DNA from: Takakia lepidozioides
Taxonomy: Eukaryota; Plantae; Bryophyta
Direction of reading: 5' to 3'
Assembly (NCBI GenBank): GCA_030704615.1
Contig: CM060734.1
Coordinates: 63,488,001-63,552,000, forward strand
DNA length: 64,000 bases
In this document: positions 47,117 through 59,900 of the stretch, in pieces
How the letters are laid out: every line of letters begins with the position of its first letter
How positions within the stretch are numbered: position 1 is the first letter of the stretch
Notes under the pieces: generated by a model
What the model was told of the DNA's origin: nothing
The model's input: only the letters and a program-made list of their open reading frames with translations
Database searches by the model: none
Position numbers and translations under genes: made by a program

Positions 47117-50100
47117 CATGTTCAGATAATGTCATCATGTCCCAATTGGATGGTGTGCCTAGAATGTTTCATATACATGGTGCCAGGAGCGGAAAACGTA
47201 GGAGAAAAGGAGAGCAGCAAAGCAGTTGCAAAAGGCACACACCAGTAGAGAGACTTGCCACAAAATTTGACATAGCATCTAGCCCTCCAACTGTGCTCTA
47301 TAAAGTGCATAACTCTGGCACCATTTATGGGTACTCACCCCAGAACTCATTGGGAGCCAAAGCTATTTGCTTGGTTTCAAATTTTGTTGACTGAGTAATT
47401 TGAGTAGAGTAGCCTTTGTAGATGCTCCAGAAATTGATGTGAGTATTATACCAACCTCCAGACCAAGAAGGCCACAGTTTTTGCATTCTACCTCCAAGCT
47501 CTTTGAACTGAGCAGTTTCAGCAGAGAACACCTAAACTAGCATAAGATTTATTTGGTCTCTGCACACTCATGTCACACATTGGCCATGTGAATTTGTGTT
47601 CTCCAGCAGGATTAACTTATTGTACAGAGCTCGGTCCTTCACTTAAAGCTAGAACCCAATAACAGGTAGGCCCTTTGGATGGTCTTTTCCGTTCCAGTTG
47701 TTCATCGCCCTCTGGTTATTACTAAACTTGGCCTCAATTCCTGCAACTTCTCTAGGATGTCTCACCATAATTGGAAGATGTAGCCTAACCCTCTCCGCCA
47801 GAAGTTGCAGGCTTCTAAGAGAGAGAAAGGGGGTAGGAGAGAGAGGGCGACTCATATGGGGTGGGTTGCAGGTGATGACAACAGAGATATTGCGGAGTAT
47901 GCAGTACAGAGGATCAGAGGTGATGAGGGAGGTGGCATGGATCATATTTGATGAGGTCCACTACATGCGTGACCGAGAACGTGGTGTAGTATGGGAGGAG
48001 AGCATTGTCATGGCTCCCAAGAATGCACGCTTTGTCTTCCTCTCTGCCACCGTCCCCAATGCTAAGGAGTTTGCTGACTGGGTTGCCAAGGTCTGTCTGT
48101 CTGTCTCTGATAATAAACAGCTAAATGCAAAGCTTTGTGTCTCACTCTAGTTTCCCACTGCAGAAGGATTAATAATGAAGTTAAAAGGACCATGCTCTGA
48201 CCGTCATAGGCATATGCATCTGCAATGTGGGAGGGCAACTCCAACCATTCTAAGATTTAAAGTCCATGCAGCTTTCGGTGCTCAAAAAGACTAAGTCAGC
48301 ATGTTCTAGAACAGCTAACATGGCTTTTTGGCGTACCACCCTTGAGCTCTTGACGCGATGCGTTCAAGGCCAGATGGTAAGAGGTCAGTTCAATGGAAGG
48401 CCTAATACCCAAGATGATCGACTCTATTTCTTGAAAGCAAGACCATTCTTGAAAGCAGGTTTAAGTCCTGGCAGAAAAATGTAGAGATTTTCTAGTACTG
48501 CAGGAAGAACTGACCCTGCCAAATCAACTTTCCCTTGAAGGCTGTTGTTGTCTATTATTTGATCTAGTCTGGGACAGATAGATCCTTTCTTGTCAATACA
48601 AGACAAAAACTATTCGTGTGTGTGCATAGAATATATGTGTACACCTTCTACATGATCTGGTCTATTGCTCTCGTGGCTGGTCTACTGTAGCCAATGCCTT
48701 CTATCAGCATTAGGAAACCTGAAAATGAGAGGCTTGAGAATTTTTTTTTTCTCTCTCTCTTGCCATGATCTTTATAGACAGCATTCAAGAATTGCTTGAT
48801 CACGTTATTCTGTTCAGATGGAACAGGAAATTGGATAACGGGATGACTCATTAGGGATCACCCTAGAGGTCTTAACCTAAAGCTGCTGCCCTGTATTGTT
48901 AGTGAGCTTGGCCACCCTTCTCATTTGGAAGAGGAGCAGGCAAGAGCTGAAGCAGCTGACTACACTATGGCTACAAGCAAGGCATCCATTCAGACTCCTT
49001 CAACACCGATGGCTGCTTGATATGGCAACACAAAGAGAGTTGACACTGAGGAACTTACATGGACTTGATTAAGCTCTACTCTGAATCTAGCAACCCTTGT
49101 GCAAAACCTAGTGCTTGTATATGGGTCCTTGCTTGAGTACTTGGTCTTCCTTTTGGAAATAGGTGCTTGTTGTTTACTTACATGGATTTGATTGAGCTCT
49201 ACTCTGATTGTATGAATGCTTTTGCAAACCGAAGACCTCTATGTGTCCCCTTGCTTCAGTATTTGGCTCTAGTGACACCTTCCTTTCGGGAATGGGTGCT
49301 TACTGACATGAGACCACCTCCTCTCCCTATGGAGCATGGGCTGAAATAGGCTACCTATGTTGACTGATGGATTTGATTGAGCTCTACTCTGATTGTATGA
49401 ATGCTTTTGCAAACCGAAGACCTCTATGTGTCCCCTTGCTTCAGTATTTGGCTCTAGTGACACCTTCCTTTCGGGAATGGGTGCTTACTGACATGAGACC
49501 ACCCCCTCTCCCTATGGAGCATGGGCTGAAATAGGCTACCTATGTTGACTGAAATGGCTGAAAGGACCTGCCTTACCTCTCCTCTCTTTGCTAGTATGAC
49601 CTGTTGCAGGGATGACATTGATAACAAATGTGAAGGGGTTTAAGCCTGGGGGTCCACAGGGATCACCAACCTGTTGGTTGGCTGTGATGGATCCAGGTGA
49701 TGCCACTTCACCTTCTTCTGTTGCAGGAAATGCTACTAAGGGCAAGAGACTAAGGGAATGAGGATTTGAGCTCTCTCAAACCTCAAATCTGTTTGTATGT
49801 ATTGATTGTACACATACTACTGCTGTTTTTGCTCTGTTGGATCTATGAGCTTGTACCTACACGGGAAGGAGTTACTGTTAAGGAGACTCTTGTGCTCTTC
49901 CTACTTCTATTGTTGCTTCCTATGATTTGAAAGTGAGGAGGTAGATCTGTTTATGAGGAGGCCCTACCTACTAGTGTGCATATGATTCCCACTTAGTAGA
50001 CCTTAAAACTGGTTTTCCAGCAGGATATGTGAGGAGAGGCAGATCTGGGTAGAGATGGTACCTAAATTAGGCTGTCTGAGGCCATTAAATGAGGCAAACA

Positions 50101-50911
50101 CAGCACAATGTGCTTAGTGTTTCGTTGTCTCACTTTGACATGTAACACACACACTCTCTCTCTGGCAAGCGCAAAGCATTGGGTCTCACTAAATTTTTCC
50201 ACTGCAGAGGGATGAACTCTGAAGTTTGAAAAACCATGCTTTGCCGCATTATTAGGCCTGCCTTGGAGTACGCATCAGGAGTGTGGGTTGATAATTCCAA
50301 CCAGGCTAAGTCTCCAGAATCCATTCAAGTGGGGGAAGCTTGGCATCCCTCCCTTAAGCTCCTGACGAGATGAATTCAAGGTCAGATGGTGGGGTCAGTT
50401 GCAAGGTATGACTAATATCAGATGTCCTAAGTTAATCGAGTCTATATCTTGGAAGCAGGATCGCCCCTCAAACAGGCTAAGTCCTGGCGGAAGAGGGTAG
50501 AAGAGATTGTCAAGGATCTGAACTCTGAAGTCTGCAAGTCTTGACCCTGCTGGATAAATCTTAGGGGCTGTAGTATCCAAGGCCATGTTTGTTGCCAGGA
50601 AGTTGTCTGATGAAAATAAAGTTAGGCAGAAACTTCCTGAACTTGTTTCCAGTCTGCGACATGGGAGAGTTTACCCATTCTCGGCATTAGACTGCAATTT
50701 AAACTAAGGGTGGGAAGCCTAGCAAACAGTTGCAGAGAGGAAAGGGGGATTGCAAATGCCTGTTGGATGGGCAACCTGAAGACAATATTCATTTTCTGAT
50801 TCATTGTCCTGGGTACTCTCACCAGAGAGACGCCCTCTTCAAATCCATCAAGGGAATTGTGCCTGTACAATCGATGGTCACAAGGCTACGGCAAACAACG
50901 TCTTATGAGTA

Positions 50912-50946
<35 letters not shown>

Positions 50947-53900
50947 ACACACACAAATGCACATCCTTCAAGAAGTCAGAGAAGGCATGGAGGCAGAGCT
51001 TAGTAAGTCCACAAAGAAATGCTCTCTAAAGTACATGATCTGAGCCCTGCCTCAAGTCTACTCTGAGATTTTTCAAAGGTTTTTGATGGATCTCCTAAAG
51101 AGCCAGACCCAAGGTTGACGATGACTCGTCTCTTCTCTCTGTACGCGGTTGGGTTGGAGCTCTAGGTGTGGGGCCTGACTGGGAAGTTTTAGAAGCCCTG
51201 TTTCCTCAAGGGGGAGGGCCTCAGCTGTGATGTCTCATATGGGATGCAATGTTGGCCAAGTATCTGAAATATATCGAACTGGCGAAGCAACCTCTCTGAA
51301 AGTGGGCACTGCATACGTTCATGGGGTGTATGCACACAAGGCCATCGGTCAGTTTTAGTTCTTGTGAATAGCTACACAGAGAGAGTCTGAGTTTGTGGTC
51401 CTCAATTAATTACAACAAAGTATGTTGTGCTCCCAGTCAACAAGATAAGGGTGGAGGTTTTGACTCAAGGAGAGGACATGCAGGTGCATCAGCAGCCTTG
51501 CCACATTGTGTACACTGACTTCCGGCCCACACCATTGCAGCACTACATATATCCTGCTGGTGGGGATGGTTTGTACCTGGTTGTTGATGAAAAAGGCATA
51601 TTTCGAGATGATAGCTTTCAAAAGGCTGTAAACGTTCTCTCCTCAAAGGAAGGAGCTGATGCTACCAAGGAGAATGGAAAGCGGCAGAAAGGGATGAAAG
51701 CAAGGGAGCTCAGAGAGCCAAGTGACATCTTCAAGATTGTCAAGATGATTATGTTCCGCCAGTTTGATCCTGTCATCATTTTCAGCTTCAGCAAACGCAA
51801 TTGTGAAGAATGTGCCAATCAGGTACTGCATTTGCCAAAACGTTTTTTTGAAAATCCTGAGCCGGTCATTGCTATGGTACCTGGAGATGGAGGAATATGA
51901 ATTTCAGGTGTTCTTTGTGGTCCACATGCGAGTTGTTCAATCCCATGCCACTGATCGATCAGGAGGTAGTACTTAAGGCCTCTTTTGTCATCTTGATCTT
52001 GTATTTATCACATCACTGGTCTGTTTGCAGATGGCCAAGCTTGATTTGAATAACGAGGATGAGAAAAAATTAGTTGATGGTGTATTTTGGAATGCCATGG
52101 ATTCGCTGTCGGATGATGACAAGAAGCTTCCCCAGGTTCTTTCTTCATTCACCTTTCATTTGTGTTGCTATGAAGTGCTGATTTCGTATCTTGATTATTC
52201 TATTATGGTGATCATACTTAAAGGTGCAGGGAGGGAGGGGCAGGTCTCTCAGCTTTTGCCGTTGCTGAAACGAGGTATTGGCATCCACCATTCTGGCCTT
52301 CTTCCCATTCTGAAGGAAGTCATTGAGATCCTCTTCCAAGAAGGCCTTATCAAGGTGCAAGCATGTCACTGCTCCTCCTTAGCTCCATCTACTCTGTCAC
52401 TTGCTCCGGCTTTTGCTTGTTGTGCTCGGCATAAGGTAGCAGCAATGCAATAGGTTGGTACAAGTCATTGCTATTGAACAATTGGGTGAATTGTCTTGTA
52501 TTCTGTTATTGAACCCAATGTTAAAGTTTGTTCGCTTGTTGTCCTGAGACCTTAGGAACGTTCTGTGCAGATCTCTTCTTTCTTCTTTCTGACATGTTGT
52601 TAGGTGTTGTTACAAACTTGCAAAGTGGTGCTTTCCTGGATGCGGTCTCTTCTACTTGGTTTATTTTTCAGAAGTAAGTTTTGTGCTTACATGCATTAGA
52701 CAAATATATGACAATGCTCTATATTCTAACTAGGGTATGATTGCCCAAAGCTGCCTATGATGACTTTGTAAACTTACCAGAGGAGTGGGTTTTGGGTTGG
52801 TGGGATAAGTGCCTGTTTGCGACAGAGACATTTAGTATAGGGTTGAACATGCCGGCAAAGACTGTGGTGTTCACCAATGTGCGCAAGTTTGATGGTGACA
52901 AGTTCCGGTGGATCACAAGTGGTGAGTACATCCAGATGAGTGGGCGTGCTGGGCGACGCGGGCTTGATGATCGTGGCATTTGCATCCTCATGCTGGATGA
53001 GAAGTTAGAACCCTCCATTGCCAAAGCTATGGTCAAGGGTGCCGCTGACCCTCTTAATAGGTATAAAACTGCTCTCTCTCTGTCTCTCCCTTTGCTGTTT
53101 TTTAGGGTTTCAGTTGTGAGCTCTTCAAATCTTGAAGATGCTCATTTCCTGTTTGTACTTTGATGTGTTGCTATGCAAAGACACTCACAAGGTGTACCCC
53201 TTGTAAGCTGTCCTTGCTTTTCTCCTTTAAGAAAAGGATGATGTACCTGCTTTACCTCTTTGAAAATGACAATTGCAAGTATTTTTGACCACCTGTATAA
53301 AACCCTTCATTCAGGTGAGCAATTATGATCCCCTCCTTGCCCTAACTACCCCATTTAATGTACAATGAGGTATTTCCAAACAGGTGGCTCTCTAATAGTC
53401 AGCCATCAACACCATGAATGGCTCTTTATGGCTTTCAATTGAGTTAGCAGCTCCTCCAGTAGTTGATGCTAATCTCATCATAATTATGCGGTAAAAAAAG
53501 GGGGAAAGCCACTCCTTTCCCTCTATGTATAAGAGTGTGTTCGCTTCAGTCTCGGCCATCTTTCTCTAGTTCCAGAGGTGACCGTGCTACAAGTAAGGAG
53601 CATGGCATCATGGCACACTTCAAGGTCCCCCTCTATCTTCCAGTTCAGTTTGTAGTGAAATGCATTGCCTTAGCAATCTCTTTCATCTTGTCAAGTGGAG
53701 AGCTTGAAGGTTATAACTGTTTGTATGTGTGGAAAGCTTCAATGTTAGCTTGCTTTCTCTCATTGAATGGGTGTCCTACTCTCTTCTAAACCTTTGGATG
53801 AACTGTCTTAAGAGTGGATATCCAATGGCCACAAGGCTACGGCAAACAACGTCTTATGAGTACATTCTCTCTTCCCTCCAAGCCTGGGCCTAGTTATTGG

Positions 53901-56900
53901 GCAAAGCACACACAGCAGATTGATGCTTGTGTAAAGGGATTTCTAGAGGATATCTGGAAACTCGGATCGGTTGTCTGTTCCCAGGTAAGTCATACTACTG
54001 GCGTCAGCCCCTGATAAAGATAGTTTTTGTACCTTTGTCTTCCGCTCAAACAGGGCGTGGGGGCCACGTCAAACAGTGTCATATTAGTACATTCTCATTC
54101 TCTTTGATTGTCCCTTGTAGTTCTACTGTGTCCCAAAAGGCCCTCTGGGTGGCCGTAGAAAACTTCTCTTTTTTGCACTAAGGTTTATGTTATAATCGAT
54201 ATGAGAAAAGGAGTACTCCTCCCCCTCTCTCTCCCTCCCTCTCTTCCCTCTTGTTGCCCTGCATACAACCCAGACTGACGGGCAGATGCCTTCCCCATGC
54301 ATGTCATTTCTATGGTAAAGGCAGGGCTATAAAACTAGAATCAATGTCTCTGCAACCGGGCTGGTGATGGACAAGTGCCTCTGTGAGAGCCTTAATGGCA
54401 GTTGCAGGAAAATAATTTAATACCTTCAGCTGAGTTTCGGGGATAAGCTAATCCCTGGTGGGTGCGAACCCACCAAAGGGTCTGGGATGGTTAGTTTCCC
54501 GCAGGGGGATGGCTATGAGGCCATGGCAAACAATGTCTTATGAGTACATTCTCTTTCGTCTTATTCTAACCAAACTAGGCGCAGGGTCTATAGCTACAAG
54601 GCTATTGAAACCTCTTGTAAGGACAGTCTCTCTCTCTCTGTCTCTCCCCCAAATGAATGTAAGCATAGAGCTTCCCTGAACTTGTTTCGATTCTGTGACA
54701 TGGGCAAGGACCTTAAGGATGATCTGAAGGGCCTACCTACCCTCGGCACTAGACTGAGATTCAAACTCAGGGCGAGGAGCATACCTTTGAAGAATAGACC
54801 AATGCAGAGAGGAAAAGGAGATTGTCATTACCCAATGTGCGGGCAATGTGAAGACTATATTCATTTTCTGATACATTGTCCAGGGTATTCTCACCAGAGT
54901 GTGACAGTCTTCAGGACAATCAAAAGTATTGTCCCATTACCTCTGTTCACCAACTTTCAAAATCTTGAGGCTGAGCCTAAAATCCTGGGCCTGTTGGGGT
55001 GTATCTTTTGGGCTGCTCACACACAGCAGATTGATGCTTGTGCGAAGGGCATCTGGAGGATATCTGGAATGCCCAAACTAATTGTTTATACCAAGATAAG
55101 TCACTACTGGAGTGAACCCCTCATAATGGTAGTTTCTGGTCCCTTTTGTTCTGCATAAACCGGGGTCTATGGCCGCAAGGCTATGGCAAACAACATCTTA
55201 TGAGTACATTCTCTAATACTTTTGAAAGCTGCATATATCTGTTTCTTATGTTTCTCTCCGGAGAAATTTGATAGTTTATTTTGGATAAACCTTTCCTAGG
55301 CTGAGGTGGCTTTGTGCCTTCCACTATCTGCTACTACATACATGGTCTGTGAAGACAGAAGGGAGAATGGACGTCCGTGCAGGTTCCTAATGAACCAAGA
55401 TGACATTTGAGGGCAAACTAATCCTGATATCTTGTGTTAGGCCTTGTAGCAGCAGCATACTGAGTATATTTGTACACCTTCTACATGATCTGGTCAATGT
55501 ACATTGCTCTTTTGGCCGGTCTACTGTAGCCAATGCCCTGTTCAGAATTAGGATACCTGAAAATGAGAGGCTTGAGGGTTGTCTTGACCTGGTCCACAAC
55601 CACCTCCACAAATTTTGGAGTAAAGTTAGTACCAACCACTTTATTCTTGATTGAGTTGAGTCAGTGGCCCTCCTTACTTTCAGCCACTTACCTTAAACTA
55701 AGAGTAGAATCGATGGTAATGTTCTATGAGCTGCACTGTATAAACAAAGGAAGTATGACGCAAACAGTACTTCTGTCACACTCTTCTGACCAAGATGCAT
55801 TTTTGAAAGCCTTGACAAGATGAAACAGACTCTGGCACAGATGGTGCATTGCACCCGAAATTGCCATGGTTCATTATCTAGAATTTCTTCCTGGCTCTAT
55901 CATTTTCTGGTACCAGTGGCCTTGGCTCTAGCTTTGCTGAAGAACTCATACCTGCAAGACAATTCCATATCCAGCTCTGTGATTTCAGACAAAGAACCAA
56001 AAATTCATAGAAGTAGAGAGGCCCACACCTGCACCCGTCGCAGAAAACACCACATAGGATGTGGGTAATTGAGAATGTGCGAGGTTAATGGCAGGCCCTC
56101 GTGTGCTATAGGTTTCCAAACTGAACCAGTATGTATAATATCAGAACGTAAGCCCCACTTGGGTACAACCATGCAAGGGAGTCATAGGCGTAGATCACTT
56201 AGCCGCCACCACCGAAAGCGTTTGTGGAGGAATCTAGTCATCATGAAGGTCTTTAGTGCTTCCCTTCTTCCAAAATACTGAACATACATATTCCCTTTTT
56301 GGTCTTTTCGCTTTACACATTGATTCCATGTGGCTCACTGCCTTCACTCTGCTCGTCATGCATAGCCCATTGCTGTGTATAGAAATCCTTGGCTGCTTAC
56401 TTGCAGTGAGCAACCAATTTGTGCCACTACCTATGAGAGGACTTCAGGAAAGACTAACAGTGGGTTGCCCAAATTATACTATTGAGATTTCTCCAATCCA
56501 CTAAGATAGTGGCATCTAGAAAGTGTGCGATGCCTTTTTCTTTCCCCTATTTTTTGATGAATGAAGTCCCAGTACTGTGCACTTTTGCAATGGAGGCAGT
56601 TCAAGGTTAGTTACTGCTTTGGATTAGGTACAGAATGGGGTGTTTTTGGAATACAAGGGGCTTAATTAATGGTGGATTAGTGAAGCTAACTACACAGCCG
56701 CTTAGTGATTCTCATTTCAAGTTCCTCATTCATTGTTGAAAGTGGAGGCGGGTGTTTTTGGACAATGGCCAGTTAATACAGCAGCCAGGCATGAAGGCAA
56801 TGGTATGCATGGTTCACTTTATATACTGCTACAATGCACACATTTTATCATACTTCAGTTTACGGGAGAATGGGAAATGAGGGGCCGTGGAGTCTTCCAG

Positions 56901-59900
56901 CTGTGTCCACCGGGTCGGCTAGTTTAGGGTTCTGAGATGGCATGTCTGAGGAGTTGTAGGTAACTCAGGGGAGACTTAGGGGTCCTACTTGTACGCATAC
57001 GGTCAGATTTTGCACAGGTCGTCATCTATGCAGGGAAGTTCTGGGTCCCTCCATAGGTAGATGCGCGAGTTCCGCACTGGGAGGCAGGTACTTCTGGGCC
57101 CACACATGGCGCCTGGTTTTGCCAGTTTTTTGGGAAAGGTGTAGGTGCACGCCTTGTGCACTCAGGGCACCTTTAGGTGCGTATCAGGGATGAATATATG
57201 GCATTTCAGGAGGGATCACTGAGCAGAAGTGGGATAATGTGCTATGATTCATATATAATGCATCCTTGATTGGAAAATTTTGTGCTTTGCACAAGTGATT
57301 GTTGCTTCATTTGCTATTCTGCTCATGTAATTTTTGTGACACCCTTTGAGCAGTGCACACTGCTTAAAAGCACACTTCTAGATACCACCACCTTAGGTTA
57401 GTGATATAGTGCATAGTCACTATACATCACTATGAGGTATGTTGTCGTAGCATGAGCTCATTTCCAGAACTTATGTTGTCCAAGCTGTGAGCTGTTTGAT
57501 CAAGTTTTAAACCATGTGTGGTAAGTTTGCAGTGACTTGATAGAGGTGTTGGTTGAAAACAGAGTAAAATACAATGCTGCTTGACATAGCAGGTATTTTC
57601 TTATCTCCTACTCTCCATCACAGAGCAGTATAGCAGTTCATGAAAAACTATGAAGCATTCTGCCTATCTCTGTGGCATATTTAAGATGGGAGGGAAACTC
57701 TTACTTTGATCATATACAATATCACCACCACCCACCCTGATCACCTCTATGGATATGGAGTCAATGCTGAGTCTGGAGCAAGAGGAAATGTGACAGAGCC
57801 TTCTTTGAAGTTGTCTATAAATTGGTCCAGTTTGGAATAGACAAAACCTTTGTTGTCAAGGCAAGACAAGCCCTCTCTCTCTCTCTCTCTCTCTCAAAGG
57901 AAAGAAGCAAACATGGTGAGTGCGAACCCCACAAAAGGCTCCGGGAGGGTTAGTTTCCCATGGGGTTGATGGCTGTAGGGCTATGGAAGACCAAGGTTCG
58001 CAGGGAACAGCATGAGTACATTCTGTTTCAGAGGAAAGAGGCAAGACCTCAGATCACACTTTTGAACCCTCGAGTAGCACCTTGCAAAGTTGAGATATGC
58101 CAGTGAGTTCAAGCCACCAAGGGCGGATAAAGCACAGAATCCTTGTGCAATGTTTGGTATTTGGTTGTTTCATTCTGTGGTTTTACAGTGTTGTTATGTC
58201 CGTTGTAGGAACAATTGTTTTGTTCCTATGCAGGATGTAATACTTTTTTTTCTGTAAGCCAAGTCGGAGGAGGAAATTGATTCCGAAGTTAGCACTGCCA
58301 TATGCTTAAATGTATGAGCTGCATCTTGGCGCAAGTCTTTGCTGACCCTCCTTTCATCATCAGGACTAGGTGGCTCCCCACATTTCTGCAAGCTAGTTCA
58401 GCTGGGAAGAGTAAACGGTTAGGGTGAGGTTACTATGTCAAGGGTTGCCTAGTAGGCACCAAGAGTCCTAATGTGGTGAGTATACATATCCGCACCCTCC
58501 CTCCCTCTCTCTCTGTCTCTCCCTTGTTTTGTCCACTTGCTCCAAGACCTTCAGTCTCGCTCTGGCAATGCAAGAACTGAAGTCCAAAGAGCAGTGGATT
58601 CTAGGGAGAGTTTTGTCTGTGGCTGACAAGATCATTGGGAGGAAACTAATTGTCTGCGGTAGAGCTGTTAATTGGTGGACCAATGAGATTAAACTCAAGA
58701 TAGCTGAGAGATGAGTCCTCTATAAAGACTGCTGAAATGTGAATACCAAAAAAGAATTGTGGGCTAGGTACTACCAGATCCACAAAGATATCAATCAGAT
58801 TGGTGTCAGAAGAAATTATACTGGGAGAAGCTACACAGTGAAATAAACCATGGTGGTAATATAAGAGATTCTGGTTGGCCCTTCAAAGTGTGTACAAGCC
58901 GAAAAACTGTCAGCAAGTGCAAGCACTGAGGACTACTAAAGGTGCGGTGGTGACTTCAACGGTTGACATTGTCAAACCTTTGAAACGGGGTCCTGTGAAG
59001 AATAGAAGGACACAGTTTGACAAACTGTTCCTATGATTCAAGACAGCCCTGATGAATTAAAGTATATTTCAAAGGCTTACAATGCTCCCATTACTTCTTC
59101 TGAGATTGTGGAAGCAATTGAGCATCGTTGCAAGAGCCAAGATATCCGTTGCTGAGAGTAGTTACTAGTTTGCTACCTGCTCGCCTCCCGCGCCCTCCGC
59201 CGGGACGGTGGGGCAGGGGGCGAGCCTGGCTCAAAGGATATAAAGCTGGTGGACCTGATGGCATATTCAACGAGCTTATCTACACGGTGGCGATCCCATG
59301 ATAGAGGCCCTTGTACTTCTCTTTTACCTTATCTGGAGGACTGAAATATTCCCCTTTCGCTTGCGACAGGGGGTCATTGTCAGTCTATACAAGAAGGGTG
59401 ACAGAGAAGAACCGGGGAACTACCGAGGCATCACGCTCCTCAATGCAGTTGGCAAGACATTCTGCAGAGTTATAAGTACTCATCTCAAGGTTGATCTGGA
59501 TTCTAGAGGTTGTTTCCATGAAGGCCAAGCTGGCTTTCGGCGAAACAGGGGCTGTGTGGACCATATCTTCAATCTAAGCCAGATTATCCAGGGAAGAAAG
59601 AAAGAAGGGAAACCCAATTTTGTATTTTTCTTGGATGTCAAAAAGGCTCATGACACAGTGTGGAGAGATGGTCTATGGCTCCGACTCTGGTCATGTGGGA
59701 TCAAGGGAAATATGTGGAGAGTGGTCCGTAATTGTATGCTCACACCAATAGTTGTGTCACTGTTTATGGACAGAAGTCTAACTTCTTTGACATACACCAA
59801 GGTGTAGCTCAAGGATGTACCCTCTCCCCTCTGCTCTTCAATGCTTTCATCAATCAACTCCTTGAGGATGGGGAAAGTGAGGGATTTGGGTTAAGGGTGG

